Positions 45,270 to 56,658 are shown, counted from the first letter of the stretch. The stretch: DNA of 64,000 bases from Spirochaetales bacterium (GCA_037142615.1 JBAXAI010000002.1:168436-232435), one strand, 5' to 3'. Numbers and translations: made by a program. The notes: generated by a model from the sequence alone, not told the origin.

Positions 45270-45629
45270 ATGCCAAGAGCAGTAGACGGCACCCGTCGTA
45301 GCGACCGACGCCGCAAATATACCGAAATCACCAAGGGCTTCCGCGGTCGTGCCAAGAGTAACTTCCGCACCGCCAAGGATGCCGCAGCCAAGGCGTTGGT
45401 GTACGCCACCCGCGACCGCCGTGCCAAGAAACGGGACTTCCGCCGCTTGTGGATCACCCGAATCTCAGCGGCTGTCCGTGCCGAAGGCCTGACCTACTCG
45501 CGCTTCATCGAAGGACTCAACAAGGCCCAGATTGCGATCAACCGGTTGGCCCTTTCGAACATGGCCATTGAAGACCCGAAGGCCTTCAGTGCGCTGGTTG
45601 CCAAGGCCAAGTCCTCGGTCGCCGCGTAG
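45270..45629 (+). CDS. rplT: 50S ribosomal protein L20
   Basis: KGFRG, YA.RDRR.KKRDFRRLWITRI.AA. Confidence 0.97.
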   Translation: MPRAVDGTRRSDRRRKYTEITKGFRGRAKSNFRTAKDAAAKALVYATRDRRAKKRDFRRLWITRISAAVRAEGLTYSRFIEGLNKAQIAINRLALSNMAIEDPKAFSALVAKAKSSVAA

Positions 45630-45638
45630 GAGACACCG

Positions 45639-46127
45639 ATGATTAACATGGACCAGGTACGCACCCTGGAAATGAAGGTCAAGCAGACCGTTCAGCTCAT
45701 TGTCCACCTGCGCCGCGAGAACGACTCGTTGCGTGGACGCCTTTCGGACACCGAGGTGCGACTTCAGGAACTGGAAGCTCTTCTGGAAAGCTTCAAGGCC
45801 ACCCAGAACGAAATGGAGTCTGGGATTCGCAGCGCTTTGCAGGAGCTCGATCACTTGGATCAAGGTTCTCCGGAGCCTACGCCTCCTCCAGTAGCAGAAG
45901 CTCATCCTGAACCTGTGTCCATCGAAACGGAGTCTGAACCTGTCCCGGAGCCCGAGCCCGAAGTCGCTTCTTTTGAGCCGATCGAAGCTTTTGAGGCACC
46001 CGTGCCCGAAAGCGTCGAACTGAGTGAAAGCGATGACGCCACTGCGGAAGTTCCTGCCGAAGAATCTCCGGTGGAGGACGAAGCCGAGGAAGAAGAACCC
46101 CAGCAGCCTGGCTTAGGGATCTTCTGA
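45639..46127 (+). CDS. zapB: Cell division protein ZapB-like, with an acidic tail
   Basis: LE.KV...V..I..LR.EN coiled coil directly upstream of zapA. Confidence 0.7.
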   Translation: MINMDQVRTLEMKVKQTVQLIVHLRRENDSLRGRLSDTEVRLQELEALLESFKATQNEMESGIRSALQELDHLDQGSPEPTPPPVAEAHPEPVSIETESEPVPEPEPEVASFEPIEAFEAPVPESVELSESDDATAEVPAEESPVEDEAEEEEPQQPGLGIF

Positions 46128-46135
46128 GCAAACCG

Positions 46136-46435
46136 ATGGCTGACAATCTCCTGTCGGTGCAGTTGCTCGGAACTTCGTTCTCTCTCAAGAGCACAGAGAA
46201 TCTGGACTACCTGAAAGAGGTCCTGACTTACTTTGAGGAGAGAATCGAGGAAACCAAGAGTGGGGTCTCGTTGCAGGATCCCCTCAAGATTGCGCTCTTG
46301 ACCGGTATCGTCTTGGCGGATGAACTGCTCAAGGAGCGTCGCACGCACCCGGGCACGTTAACGGCCCCAGAAGCCGATGAAGCCGAGCGAATCACGCGGG
46401 CGCTCATCGACAAGATCGATTCGGTTCTCCAATAA
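46136..46435 (+). CDS. zapA: Cell division protein ZapA
   Basis: V.LLG.SF.L, YL..V..Y, KIA.L....LADEL. Confidence 0.85.
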   Translation: MADNLLSVQLLGTSFSLKSTENLDYLKEVLTYFEERIEETKSGVSLQDPLKIALLTGIVLADELLKERRTHPGTLTAPEADEAERITRALIDKIDSVLQ

Positions 46436-46438
46436 GTT

Positions 46439-47254
46439 ATGGGTGTCACCACCAGTCAGCAGCTTCAGTCCTACTTTGACGCATACGGAAGTGTCGAGGT
46501 CACCTTCAACAAGGAAGTGACCCAGCTGCTTTCCTTCCTGCAGGAAAAGGTTTTTTTGAAAGTTGCCGGGGTGGATTGGCCGTGCCTGCTCTACTCGAGC
46601 TCGTTGGTGGGCGCCAAGATCGTCCTCACTCTCAAGCCCGAGCAGATTTCTCGCCTGGAGGCCGGCAGCCCCACTTGTCAGTTGCGCTACGGCTTCCGTA
46701 ACCCCGACAGTCCCGAGCCGGTGGTCTTTTTCACCAACGTGAAGATCAAAGCTTGGAACCGCTACAACAATGGCGCCAAGAATGATTTGTACTTCATGAC
46801 CCTCGAGTTCACCACACGACCGCCGGAAGACCTGATCGAGATCCTCGGCCGTTTTCTCGAGGCCAACGTCAACTCGCAAAAGCGGCGCGACGAGCGCATC
46901 ACGGTCAACGAGGTCAGCATCAAGAAGCTCGGCTTTACCAGCTGCAACGCTATTGTCGCCGTCGAAAAGATCGACCGCAAGTGCTTGGTCCGCGACCTTT
47001 CGTTTGGGGGCGCCCAAGTGTTGCTGCCCGGCGTTGCGAAATTTCTCGAGAACCGCGCCATTGTCTTGCGCTTGACAGTCGAAGAAACCGGCCAGGTGTT
47101 GAGCTTGGCGGGCAAGATTCTCCGCGTCGAGACCCTCGCCGGGCGGCGCGACATCACGCAGTCCTCGCTCCAGTTCGAAGACGCCGCGGTCCCGCACCAG
47201 TACAAGGTGCTGATCAACGAGGCGTTGCGCCTGCAAAAGACCAAACAAGGATAA
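46439..47254 (+). CDS. PlzA-type PilZ-domain c-di-GMP receptor
   Basis: RRDER (RxxxR) and DLSFGG (DxSxxG) motifs after an N-terminal PilZN-like barrel. Confidence 0.82.
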   Translation: MGVTTSQQLQSYFDAYGSVEVTFNKEVTQLLSFLQEKVFLKVAGVDWPCLLYSSSLVGAKIVLTLKPEQISRLEAGSPTCQLRYGFRNPDSPEPVVFFTNVKIKAWNRYNNGAKNDLYFMTLEFTTRPPEDLIEILGRFLEANVNSQKRRDERITVNEVSIKKLGFTSCNAIVAVEKIDRKCLVRDLSFGGAQVLLPGVAKFLENRAIVLRLTVEETGQVLSLAGKILRVETLAGRRDITQSSLQFEDAAVPHQYKVLINEALRLQKTKQG

Positions 47255-47257
47255 CCC

Positions 47258-48370
47258 ATGTCTTTTCATGAACCTCGTCACAAGCTCTACTACCTTCAGG
47301 TTCCGCCGGAACTGGCTCGGGAGGTAGCCGGGTTTGCGATTGACCCATCGATTCCCCTGCCGGTCGAGGGTCGTGGCGTCGAGCCTCCGAGGCTGGAAGA
47401 ACTCAGTTGGGAGCAGATCGTGGCCGCAATGCTCAAGGTCATGGCCTGGGAACGGGACCACCAGGATTTCGAGTACTTCCGGCAATTCATTCTGGCGATC
47501 CGGCCGGAAGTGTTTCAGGAACTTTCGGGAACCGGGATCGTGAAAGCCCAGGCCAAGGACTTCCGCCTCGCCGAAGAGATTTTCCTGGCTTTGGAGGGGC
47601 TCGACCCGACGCACCCGCGAACTTTGCTGAACTTGGCCCTGCTCTACGACGAACAGGCGGAAGACTTGTCCCGGCGGGACCAATCAGCCCAAGCCGACGA
47701 ACTTCTGGGTTTGGCGCAGAAGAAGTTCTCGCAGTCGTTGACCGCAACGCCGCCCATGCCCGATGCCTTCTTCTATTCGGGGTTTTTCCACCTAAAACAA
47801 AAGAACGTCGCGAGGGCAAGGGCCCTGCTTGACACCTATTTCGAGCTCGGCAAGGACGAGGCGAAACTTGCGGCCGCGAAAAAGGCTTTGGCCGAAGCGG
47901 AGCGACAGGAACGCCTCGACGTCCTGTTCAAGGAAGCCTACGACTTCATTTTGCTGGGCCGGGAAGACGAGGGGCTTTCGCGCCTGAAAGAGTTTGTCAA
48001 AGAACATCCGACGGTCTGGAACGCTTGGTTCCTGATGGGTTGGGGCTACCGACGGCAAGGTAAGTGGACAGAAGCCCTGGCCGCGTTCAAGACCTGTCTG
48101 GAAAATGGTGGCGACCGGGTCGATACTTACAATGAAATGGCCATCTGCAGCATGGAGACCGGCGACCTGAAAGAGGCTCGGCGTCTGCTGGAGAAGGCAC
48201 TCCGGGAAGACAGCGAAAACACCAAGATTATTTCGAACCTGGGGGTTCTCGCGTTGAAGGCCGGGAAGAAAGACGAGGCGGCCAGCTTTTTTGAGGCCGT
48301 GCTCGAGTATGACCCGGAGGACCCCGTAGCGCCGAAGATGCTCGACCAGATCAAGGCCGGGGAGGTGTGA
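47258..48370 (+). CDS. TPR protein
   Basis: Multiple TPR consensus helices (AWFLMGWGYRR.G...EA). Confidence 0.85.
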   Translation: MSFHEPRHKLYYLQVPPELAREVAGFAIDPSIPLPVEGRGVEPPRLEELSWEQIVAAMLKVMAWERDHQDFEYFRQFILAIRPEVFQELSGTGIVKAQAKDFRLAEEIFLALEGLDPTHPRTLLNLALLYDEQAEDLSRRDQSAQADELLGLAQKKFSQSLTATPPMPDAFFYSGFFHLKQKNVARARALLDTYFELGKDEAKLAAAKKALAEAERQERLDVLFKEAYDFILLGREDEGLSRLKEFVKEHPTVWNAWFLMGWGYRRQGKWTEALAAFKTCLENGGDRVDTYNEMAICSMETGDLKEARRLLEKALREDSENTKIISNLGVLALKAGKKDEAASFFEAVLEYDPEDPVAPKMLDQIKAGEV

Positions 48371-49170
48371 TGCGTTCTGCCAAAGAACTCCAAATCAACG
48401 AAAAGATCGAAGCCCGCCTGGGCGGCGCTCCGCTGGCTGCCTACCAGTACCTGCGCGATGATGCCGAGGTTGCCGCTTTGCAGGACTACTCCAACATCGT
48501 GTCGATCAAGCGACTGGGCTACAACGACCATGGGCCGGTGCACATGCGCAAAGTCACCTACAACGCCGTGAAGATGGCGCTGTTTCTTCGCGATGCCGGC
48601 ATTCCGCTTAGCCTGGAAAAGGAAGAGCAGGGTAGTTTTGAGGATAGTTTGACCGCGATCGTCCTTGCTGCGTTTCTTCACGACATTGGCATGAGCCTCA
48701 GCCGTTCGCACCACGAAAATACCGGCATTTGGCTGGCGATTCCCATTCTTGACCGCGCCCTTCACGTGCTTTTTCCCGACGACCTCACCAAGCGGGTGAT
48801 CCTTCGTTCGGTGGCGATGGAGAGCATCATGGGGCACATGGCCAGCATTCCCATCCATTCGTTGGAGGCCGGTATCCTGCTCGTGGCCGATGGCTGTGAC
48901 ATGGAAAAGGGCCGTGCCCGCATTCCGATGATGCTGGCCACCGACGCGAAACTCGGCGATATTCACCGTTACAGCGCCACCGCCATCGACAAAGTGAAAA
49001 TCGTTCCCGGCGAACGATGTCCGATCAAGATCGAGATTCACATGACAGAGTCAGTCGGCTTTTTCCAGGTGGAAGAGGTGCTGTTTCCCAAGATCAAGGC
49101 CAGTCCCGTCAAGGGTTTTGTCGAGCTGTATGCACTCTTGGACGGTATGGAAACCAAGTGCTATCTCTAG
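48370..49170 (+). CDS. HD-domain phosphohydrolase
   Basis: RLGYNDHG..H, LHDIG, H, ADG.DM..GR. Confidence 0.88.
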   Translation: MRSAKELQINEKIEARLGGAPLAAYQYLRDDAEVAALQDYSNIVSIKRLGYNDHGPVHMRKVTYNAVKMALFLRDAGIPLSLEKEEQGSFEDSLTAIVLAAFLHDIGMSLSRSHHENTGIWLAIPILDRALHVLFPDDLTKRVILRSVAMESIMGHMASIPIHSLEAGILLVADGCDMEKGRARIPMMLATDAKLGDIHRYSATAIDKVKIVPGERCPIKIEIHMTESVGFFQVEEVLFPKIKASPVKGFVELYALLDGMETKCYL

Positions 49171-50123
49171 ACCGTGCCGAGAGTTTCGTCGAAAAGTTTG
49201 TTCACCAGCTCAAGGTTCGACGACATTGGGCGTCCAAGAACAAAGTTTCGTGTTTTCGCGTGTACGACCGGGAAGTGGATGGCTTTGCCTTTCACATTGA
49301 CCTCTACGAAGACCAATTGGTCTGGTGGGTTCTTACCGACCGCGCCGAGGATGAGGTGCCCGAGGAGTTGGTGACGAGGACCGCCGAAGCCAGTGGAGTT
49401 CCCCGGGCCAAAGTCCACCTCAAGACGCGGCAGAAACAGTCCGGAAAAGACCAGTACACCAAGCTGGGCGCCACCGACAACAAGACGACCGTCCGCGAAG
49501 GCGGCCTGAAGTTCCTCGTCAACCTCGAAGACTACCTCGACACGGGGCTTTTCCTGGACCACCGCTGGACCCGGGCCTATGTCCGCGATCTCTCGGCCGG
49601 ACGGAAGGTGCTGAACCTGTTTGCCTATACGGGGAGCTTCACGGTCTACGCGGCCCACGGTGGCGCGTTTTCGTCGGTGACGCTCGACCTGAGTCAGCGC
49701 TATCTGGACTGGGCCGGTGAGAACCTGGCTCTCAATGGCTTGTCGTCGCCCTCGCATCGGTTGGTGAGGCGCGACGCGCTGGACTACCTGCGCACCGAGA
49801 CCAAGGCCCGTTTCGACCTCATCGTTCTTGATCCGCCCACGTTTTCCAACTCAAAAAAGATGGACGGCACCCTCGACGTGCAGCGGGACCACGGTTGGAT
49901 GCTGGAAAAGTGCCTTCGCTTGCTGAGTCCGGAGGGCATTTTGCTGTTCAGCAACAATTTCCAGAAGTTTCGCCTGGACTTGCCGGCCGATCTCGATTGC
50001 CGTTGCGAGGAGGTTTCGTCGTTTACAGTTCCCGGCGACTTCCGCAAGGGCACCCATCGGTCCTGGATCCTGACCGGGCCGGACGCTCCGGCGCTGACCC
50101 TGAAAAAGCTGGAACTTTCCTGA
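49158..50123 (+). CDS. Class I SAM-dependent rRNA methyltransferase (RlmK/RlmI-like)
   Basis: YLDTGLFLDHR, LNLFAYTG, DPPTFSNSK, as in the RlmK half of RlmKL. Confidence 0.85.
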   Translation: MLSLDRAESFVEKFVHQLKVRRHWASKNKVSCFRVYDREVDGFAFHIDLYEDQLVWWVLTDRAEDEVPEELVTRTAEASGVPRAKVHLKTRQKQSGKDQYTKLGATDNKTTVREGGLKFLVNLEDYLDTGLFLDHRWTRAYVRDLSAGRKVLNLFAYTGSFTVYAAHGGAFSSVTLDLSQRYLDWAGENLALNGLSSPSHRLVRRDALDYLRTETKARFDLIVLDPPTFSNSKKMDGTLDVQRDHGWMLEKCLRLLSPEGILLFSNNFQKFRLDLPADLDCRCEEVSSFTVPGDFRKGTHRSWILTGPDAPALTLKKLELS

Positions 50124-50168
50124 CGTTTGCCCGTATATTGGAACAGTGACTTAGCGGAGGCTCTGACT

Positions 50169-52676
50169 ATGTTCAAAGGACTCACCCAACGTGCCCAGCG
50201 CATTCTCACCGTGCTGGCCCAGGAAGAAGCCCGCCGGTTTCACTCAGACCTCCTTTTGCCCGAACACGTGATTCTCGCCCTGCTCAAGGACGGCGAGGGG
50301 ATCGGGTACAAGGCTCTGAAGTCGATGGACCTCGACCTGAGCGATCTTCAGGCCGAGATCGAAAAGACAATTCCCCGCAAACCTTCAGGTTTTATTCTTG
50401 GCGATGTGCCACCCTCGAAGCGCGGAAAGAAGATCCTCGAGGAAAGCGCCAATGAGGCCCGCACGCTGGGCCACGAGTACATCGGCACCGAGCATCTGCT
50501 CCTGGCGACGGTCGCCGAGCAAGGTAGCATCATCAATCAGTACTTGGGCGGCAAGTCCATTTCGCTGGAGATTCTTCGCGACGTGATCAGCGAGCTTTCG
50601 GGCGGGAATACCTTGCGCCCCAAGGAAGAACGCGTCATGCCTTCCGGTTCGGATGATTCTCGCTGGAAGCGTCCCTCGACCTCGGTCAAGAAGACAACAC
50701 CAACGCTCGACGAGTTCTCGCGCGACCTGACAGCTCTGGCTCAGAAGAAGATTCTCGATCCGGTGATCGGCCGCGAAAAGGAAATCGGTCGGCTGATTCA
50801 GATTCTTTCGCGACGAACCAAAAATAACCCCGTGCTGATCGGCGAGCCCGGAGTCGGCAAGACCGCTATCGTCGAAGCTCTCGCCCAGCGAATCACGCAG
50901 GGATTGGCCCCCGATGCCCTGGCAGGAAAGCGAGTGATGGTGCTCGACTTGGCGGCCCTCGTTGCCGGTACCAAGTACCGGGGCGAGTTTGAAGAGCGGC
51001 TCAAGCGGGTCATGAAGGAAATTTCCACCGTAGGCAACGTCATTTTGTTCATCGATGAGTTGCATACCATCATTGGGGCCGGCGGGGCCGAGGGAGCCAT
51101 CGACGCGAGCAACATGCTCAAGCCTGCCCTTTCCCGTGGCGAGATCCAGTGCATCGGTGCCACGACGTTGGCCGAGTACCGCAAGCACGTCGAACGCGAC
51201 GCTGCCTTGGAACGACGCTTTCAAAGCGTGCTGGTGAGCGAACCGAACGTAGATCAGTCCATTGAAATCCTGACCGGTATTGCTCCGCGTTACGCGAAGT
51301 TTCACAACGTGACCTACCTTCCCGAGGCCATTGAGGCGGCCGCCGTCCTCTCGAGTCGTTACATTTCCGACCGCTCGCTGCCCGACAAGGCTATTGACCT
51401 CCTCGACGAGGCCGGATCGCAAAAGAAGCTTTCGTCGTCGGCTCGTCCGCGCGAGCTTCAGGACTTGGAAGCGCAGGTCGAGACCCTCACCCGGGAAAAG
51501 AACGAGCTGGTCAACAGTCAGAGCTACGAGCATGCCGCCTCGATCCGCGACGACGTTCGAAAACTCAAACAGGAAATCGAGGACCTCAAGGCCCGCTGGG
51601 AAACTGATGGTGACTTGGACCCGCGAGTGGTCAGTGCCCTCGATATCCAGAATATCCTGGCCGAGATCACCGGCATACCGCTTTCAAGTATCGCCCAAAC
51701 CGAGGCTGACAAGCTCTTGGCGATTGAAGTAGTGCTCCATCAGTCGGTCATCGGCCAGCACGAAGCCATTGCCGCCATCGCTTCGTCGATTCGCCGGGCC
51801 CGTACCGGGCTTAATTCGCCCAAGCGTCCCCTGGGTTCGTTTGTATTCCTCGGGCCCACAGGCGTCGGCAAAACCCTCTTGGCCAAGACTCTGGCCGAGT
51901 TCCTTTTTGGTTCGGCCGAAAATGTCATCCGGCTGGACATGAGCGACTTCATGGAGAAGCACAACGTCAGTAGGCTCGTCGGAGCTCCTCCTGGCTATGT
52001 CGGCTACGAAGAGGGCGGGCTGTTGACCGAGAAGATCCGTAGGCGACCCTACAGCGTCGTTCTGCTCGACGAGATCGAAAAGGCCCACCCGGATGTGTTC
52101 AACCTGCTGCTTCAGATTCTCGAAGAAGGAGAATTGCAGGACAACCTGGGCCACACGGTCAGTTTCCGAAACTGTCTGGTGATCATGACGAGCAATGTGG
52201 GCGCCCGCCAGATCACCCGCACGGGAAGTCTTGGTTTCAACAACGGTGAGGGTATGCTCAGCTATGCCGAGATCAAATCCTCGGCCCTCGGGGAACTCAA
52301 GCGCCAGTTCCGCCCGGAGTTTCTCAACCGAATCGACGAGATCGTGGTCTTCCATGCCCTTTCTGGCAAGCAGGTCGAGAGCATCTTCCACCTCATGCTG
52401 GGCGAGATCCGCGAACGCCTGCTGGCGCGCAATTTGCGCATCGAGGTAACCGCCAAGGCGAGGGAATGGTTGATCGCCAAGGGCTATGACGTCACGTATG
52501 GCGCTCGGCCCTTGCGCCGAACCTTGCAAAAAGAGCTGGAGGATCTGCTGTCTACCCGCATTCTTGAAGGTCAGTTGACCAGCGGCGACCAGATCACGGT
52601 TGAACTTCGGCGCGACAAGTTGGCTCTCAAGATCAAAAAATTCCAGCCGTTGAGCGTTTTGGCCGGGGTCCTTTGA
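50169..52676 (+). CDS. clpC: ATP-dependent Clp protease ATPase ClpC
   Basis: Two Clp-N repeats, GEPGVGKT, short UVR coiled coil, [12 protein letters not shown] ClpP loop, GARPLRR. Confidence 0.93.
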   Translation: MFKGLTQRAQRILTVLAQEEARRFHSDLLLPEHVILALLKDGEGIGYKALKSMDLDLSDLQAEIEKTIPRKPSGFILGDVPPSKRGKKILEESANEARTLGHEYIGTEHLLLATVAEQGSIINQYLGGKSISLEILRDVISELSGGNTLRPKEERVMPSGSDDSRWKRPSTSVKKTTPTLDEFSRDLTALAQKKILDPVIGREKEIGRLIQILSRRTKNNPVLIGEPGVGKTAIVEALAQRITQGLAPDALAGKRVMVLDLAALVAGTKYRGEFEERLKRVMKEISTVGNVILFIDELHTIIGAGGAEGAIDASNMLKPALSRGEIQCIGATTLAEYRKHVERDAALERRFQSVLVSEPNVDQSIEILTGIAPRYAKFHNVTYLPEAIEAAAVLSSRYISDRSLPDKAIDLLDEAGSQKKLSSSARPRELQDLEAQVETLTREKNELVNSQSYEHAASIRDDVRKLKQEIEDLKARWETDGDLDPRVVSALDIQNILAEITGIPLSSIAQTEADKLLAIEVVLHQSVIGQHEAIAAIASSIRRARTGLNSPKRPLGSFVFLGPTGVGKTLLAKTLAEFLFGSAENVIRLDMSDFMEKHNVSRLVGAPPGYVGYEEGGLLTEKIRRRPYSVVLLDEIEKAHPDVFNLLLQILEEGELQDNLGHTVSFRNCLVIMTSNVGARQITRTGSLGFNNGEGMLSYAEIKSSALGELKRQFRPEFLNRIDEIVVFHALSGKQVESIFHLMLGEIRERLLARNLRIEVTAKAREWLIAKGYDVTYGARPLRRTLQKELEDLLSTRILEGQLTSGDQITVELRRDKLALKIKKFQPLSVLAGVL

Positions 52677-52677
52677 C

Positions 52678-55386
52678 GTGAGGCGGCCGGCAACCGCCGG
52701 GCTACTCCTGATCTTGGTCTTGGCTCTGGCGGCCGGGTCGGCCTCCGCTGGGTCCCTGGCAGCCGGAACTTCCGCCTCCGAGCTTTTGGATCAGGGAAAC
52801 ACGGCCTTTTCCAAACTTGACTACACGGGCGCGATTTTGTGGTATTCGCGTTTGCTCAAGGAATACCCCGATGACAAGCTGGCGGTAACGGCCGCTTTTC
52901 TCCGCGGGGTGAGTCAGTATCAGGCGGGTCAGGCTTCGACGGCCCTCGACAGTTTCCAGAAACTCGACCGAACTTGGCCCTTGAACGACTTCCGCAACCG
53001 GCTGCCGTACTGGAAGGGTGTCTCGGCGCTTGGGGCGGGCCTGCTAGGTGTCGCCGAGCGGGAACTCACTGCTCAGGCGCGCCTTACCGAGGCGCAGCCT
53101 TGGGCAACCCGGGCCTTGTTCCATCTCGGCCTGACCAGGCTTCAGGCCAAGCAGGAAGTGCAAGCCGTCGAGGCCTTCACGACTTTCTTGGGCAAGAGCA
53201 CCGAGGGCGAGCTCCGCGCCAGAGCTTGCTACCAACTAGGGCGGGCGGCCCAAAGGCAAGCTGCCCCGGAGGCTTTGGAATGGTACCGAAAAGCCAGTCT
53301 AGAGGCTCCAGGCAGCGAGGCCGACCTGCAAGCCAGAAAGTCCCGCATCGATCTGATCTTGTCTGCTTCCGGCAACAGCGGGGCTGCTCTGGGGCTTGTC
53401 AACGAAGGCTCCGCTGCGTTTCCTGCTGACCGGGATTTCTGGGAGACCCGCCGAATCGAGGCGGCACGGAAGGCGGGAGACATCACAGTCCTCCGCTTGG
53501 CTCTCCTGACAAGGTTGGGGCACGAAACGAACCCGCTCGCCAAGCAAAAGCTGGCCGTCAACCTGGCAGTTCTCGCCGACGAGGTGGGAACCCCCGATGT
53601 GAGGCTTTGGGCCGATGCGGCGCTAGGTCCTGACCCGGACCTTTCTTCCACGGCAACCCGCCGTCAGGCCGCGCTTCTCGAAGCGGCGGGAAGTTGGACC
53701 GCCGCCGCCCGGCTCTTGGCCTCGAGACCCGAGCAGGAGGACTGGCTTTCGCGGGCCTCGCAGGACTTTCAGGCTGCGGGCGACACGGCAGCGTTTCTGG
53801 ACACGCTGGGCCAGTTGATCAAACGCTACCCTTCCTCGGTGAATCTTGCGAACTGGCTCGATGCCAGAGCCGGCCTTCTTCTTCCAGCCGGTGATTCTGC
53901 CGGGGCTCTGAGAGACCTGGACCGTATTCTCAAGGATTTTCCCCGCTATGCCCGTGTGTTCGAGGTTCGTTACCAGATGGGCCTCGTCTACCTCCAACGA
54001 AATGAACCTCTGCGGGCAGAAGCGTGGTTCTATGGGCTGATCACCGAACTGGGCTCTGGAGAACTGTATCAACGGGCTCTTTTGGCTCGGGGTCAATGTT
54101 ACGCCAACGCCGGGAAGAATGACCTCGCACGTGGCACGCTGGAGCGCTTGCTGCGCGAGAGTCCCGGTGGTCCTTGGGCCGCCGATGCTTGGTTCGCTGT
54201 GGCCAGGACGCAGCTTCAGGACCGGAACTTCCCAGCGGCGTGGGAGGCCTACTCCCAGGCTGCGGGCAAGTACCCCCTGTCGGCGCAACCCGCCGTGATG
54301 TGGGAAGGTTTGGCGGCCCTGGCGCTTGCACCCGATGCGTCCAAAGCCTCATCAGCCTACCTCGAGTTCGCCTCGCGCTTCGCGAGCGACGAGCTGGCGG
54401 GGGAAGCGGTCTACCGGGCAGGCGCTGTCCTTTTTCAGGCCAAAGACGCCCGAAGCGCGCTGGAGCTCTGGACCAAAGCTCTGCCAGCTCAAAAGGGCAA
54501 ACCACGCGACGAGATCCGGGTCGGGATGGCACTCGCCCTGGCCTCAACCGGCGACACGGCCGCGGCAAGGGCGTCGCTGGAAAAGCTCGAGTCCGAAAGC
54601 TCCGACGGCGAGTTCGCCGCTAACGCCTGGTTCCAACTGGGCCAAAGCGCCACAGCTCTGGGGCAGGGGACCGAGGCGACAGCCGCCTTCGAGACCCTCA
54701 TCCGTCTCCATCCCAACTCTTCGCTCGTCGAAAAGGCCCTTCCGCGAGCCGCTGGCGCCCTGCTTTCCACGGGTGACCCCTCGCTGGCCCTCGCGCGCTA
54801 CGCTGACTTCTTTTCACGGTTCGGTCAGCAGACCAGTTCCGTGGCGGTAGCCCGGTCTGCCACCGCCGCCAGTGCCCTGTATCCCGACCTTCTCGAAAAG
54901 CTCGTCGGTTCGTCGAGAAGCTGGTCCTTGGCTCCCGAAGTGAAGACCGAGTTCGATCTGGCCTGGTGGAAAAGTCAGCTTGATATTGACGCGGCCAACG
55001 CCCTGACCGAGTTGCAGAACCTGAGCCGGAACGCTCCGTGGACAAGCCAGCGTTCGCAGGCGCTGTACATCGCAGGCCAATGGTCGCTATCACGGGGCCG
55101 GACCGACGATGCGAGGGCGTACTTCGAGGCCGCGCAGGCCTTGGGTGACGACCTCTCGGTGTTCCGGGCTCGGTTGGGGCTGGCCCAGGTCGCCGAGAAA
55201 GAAGGTCGACCAAGCGATGCCGCCCGCCAAAAGGAGACGGCGGAGAGGAGTGCCGGACCCGGAGTTCCTCAGGAGTTTCGGGTGGCAGCCCTGCAGGAGG
55301 CCCGCGACTTGTGGAAGTCGGCAGGCAAGGAAGAGGATCTTGCGAGGGTTTCGGCACGGCTGGACTCCTTTACAAAGTCTCCCTGA
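52678..55386 (+). CDS. Large exported TPR protein (YbgF/BamD-like repeats)
   Basis: Signal peptide; repeated L...YP.S....A...G TPR units. Confidence 0.8.
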   Translation: MRRPATAGLLLILVLALAAGSASAGSLAAGTSASELLDQGNTAFSKLDYTGAILWYSRLLKEYPDDKLAVTAAFLRGVSQYQAGQASTALDSFQKLDRTWPLNDFRNRLPYWKGVSALGAGLLGVAERELTAQARLTEAQPWATRALFHLGLTRLQAKQEVQAVEAFTTFLGKSTEGELRARACYQLGRAAQRQAAPEALEWYRKASLEAPGSEADLQARKSRIDLILSASGNSGAALGLVNEGSAAFPADRDFWETRRIEAARKAGDITVLRLALLTRLGHETNPLAKQKLAVNLAVLADEVGTPDVRLWADAALGPDPDLSSTATRRQAALLEAAGSWTAAARLLASRPEQEDWLSRASQDFQAAGDTAAFLDTLGQLIKRYPSSVNLANWLDARAGLLLPAGDSAGALRDLDRILKDFPRYARVFEVRYQMGLVYLQRNEPLRAEAWFYGLITELGSGELYQRALLARGQCYANAGKNDLARGTLERLLRESPGGPWAADAWFAVARTQLQDRNFPAAWEAYSQAAGKYPLSAQPAVMWEGLAALALAPDASKASSAYLEFASRFASDELAGEAVYRAGAVLFQAKDARSALELWTKALPAQKGKPRDEIRVGMALALASTGDTAAARASLEKLESESSDGEFAANAWFQLGQSATALGQGTEATAAFETLIRLHPNSSLVEKALPRAAGALLSTGDPSLALARYADFFSRFGQQTSSVAVARSATAASALYPDLLEKLVGSSRSWSLAPEVKTEFDLAWWKSQLDIDAANALTELQNLSRNAPWTSQRSQALYIAGQWSLSRGRTDDARAYFEAAQALGDDLSVFRARLGLAQVAEKEGRPSDAARQKETAERSAGPGVPQEFRVAALQEARDLWKSAGKEEDLARVSARLDSFTKSP

Positions 55387-55416
55387 TCGTGTATTAAGAG
55401 CTTTCCGGAGGAACTC

Positions 55417-55608
55417 ATGGCCATCAATCTCGATAAAATCGTCAACTTTGAAGGGAACATCTACGAAGTGACGAATGCGGTGATCCGCCGTGCGCGACAG
55501 ATTACTGAAATCGGCGACGACGACCTGAACCTCCACAGCGGCAAAGTCGTTTCCACCTCACTTCACCAGATCTTCTCGAAGAAGATTGAATACCGCCTCG
55601 AAGAATAG
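55417..55608 (+). CDS. rpoZ: RNA polymerase omega subunit
   Basis: NIYE.T.A.IRRA.QI and K.VS..L..I motifs. Confidence 0.8.
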   Translation: MAINLDKIVNFEGNIYEVTNAVIRRARQITEIGDDDLNLHSGKVVSTSLHQIFSKKIEYRLEE

Positions 55609-56506
55609 GCCTGTCGTTTTCCTTTTCGGCCCCACCGGCGTCGGAAAGACCCAGCTACTGAGCGAGGCGTTCGGCGAGGGCTACGAAGTTGTGGTCGCCG
55701 ACTCCATTCAGGTGTATCGCGGCCTTGATATTGGTTCCGCCAAACCCGACCAACGGGAGCGCCTGAATCCTCCCCATCATCTGATCGATATCCGTGACCC
55801 TTCCGAGCCCTTCGACGTGGGCGACTTTGTCAGTGCAGCCGACCGCGCCGTCGATGAAATTCTGGCGAGAGGCAAGGTACCTGTTCTTTCCGGTGGCAGC
55901 GCCTACTACTTCGTCAACTTCCTTTTTGGCCTTCCCACGACTCCCGCTGCCCAGCCTCAGGTTCGAGTTCAAAGCAAGACCGAGTGGGAACAGCTCGGCG
56001 AGCCGGAGTTCCGACGACGCCTGGCGGCTGTGGACCCGGTGGCCGAAGCCCGGATCAAACCGCACGATGCGTATCGACTGCAGCGGGCGTGGGAAGTCTG
56101 GTTGCAAACCGGAAGACCTCTTTCGTCGTTTGAGCGTTCTGGGACTCCTCGCGAGGGGCTCCAGGTGCGGCTTTTTGGTCTCGATCGCCCGCGGGGGGAC
56201 CTGTATCAGCGCATTGACCAACGAGTCGGGGCCATGATGGGAGCTGGTCTGGAAGACGAAGTACGAGGACTACTGGCACGGGGCTTCGGCGCGCAGTCTC
56301 CGGGGATGAAAGGTATCGGCTATGCCGAGTTCCTCCCGTGGTTGCTCGAGGGCAAGGGTGATCTGGCCTCGGTGACCTTCGCCATCGCCCAGCATTCCCG
56401 CAACTACGCCAAACGCCAGCTCACGTTCTTCCGGTCGCTGCCCGGGGTTGAGTGGTACCATCCCGACCAGCACAGGGATCTTCTGAACGCCCTGAAGAGG
56501 CATTGA
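55586..56506 (+). CDS. miaA: tRNA dimethylallyltransferase
   Basis: [36 protein letters not shown]. Confidence 0.96.
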   Translation: MNTASKNRPVVFLFGPTGVGKTQLLSEAFGEGYEVVVADSIQVYRGLDIGSAKPDQRERLNPPHHLIDIRDPSEPFDVGDFVSAADRAVDEILARGKVPVLSGGSAYYFVNFLFGLPTTPAAQPQVRVQSKTEWEQLGEPEFRRRLAAVDPVAEARIKPHDAYRLQRAWEVWLQTGRPLSSFERSGTPREGLQVRLFGLDRPRGDLYQRIDQRVGAMMGAGLEDEVRGLLARGFGAQSPGMKGIGYAEFLPWLLEGKGDLASVTFAIAQHSRNYAKRQLTFFRSLPGVEWYHPDQHRDLLNALKRH

Positions 56507-56562
56507 CTTTCCCGTCGATTCGGGCCTATAGTACCCGGACCATCCTTGGTAAGGAGTCCAGA

Positions 56563-56658
56563 GTGCCCTGCGGTCGTAAACGAAAAAAGAAGAAAATCGC
56601 CACCCACAAGCGCAAGAAGAAGCTGCGCAAGAACCGCCACAAGAAGCGCATCCGCTAG
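56563..56658 (+). CDS. Small basic protein, bS22 / AURKAIP1-COX24 (mS38-like) family
   Basis: GTG start after AAGGAG; MPCGRKRKKKKIATHKRKKKLRKNRHKKRIR. Upstream TTGACT-N18-TATAGT and a downstream hairpin. Confidence 0.85.
   Translation: MPCGRKRKKKKIATHKRKKKLRKNRHKKRIR

Noticed and set aside
46435-46439. 6S RNA downstream of zapA
   Set aside because: Only 3 nt separate zapA from the PilZ gene.
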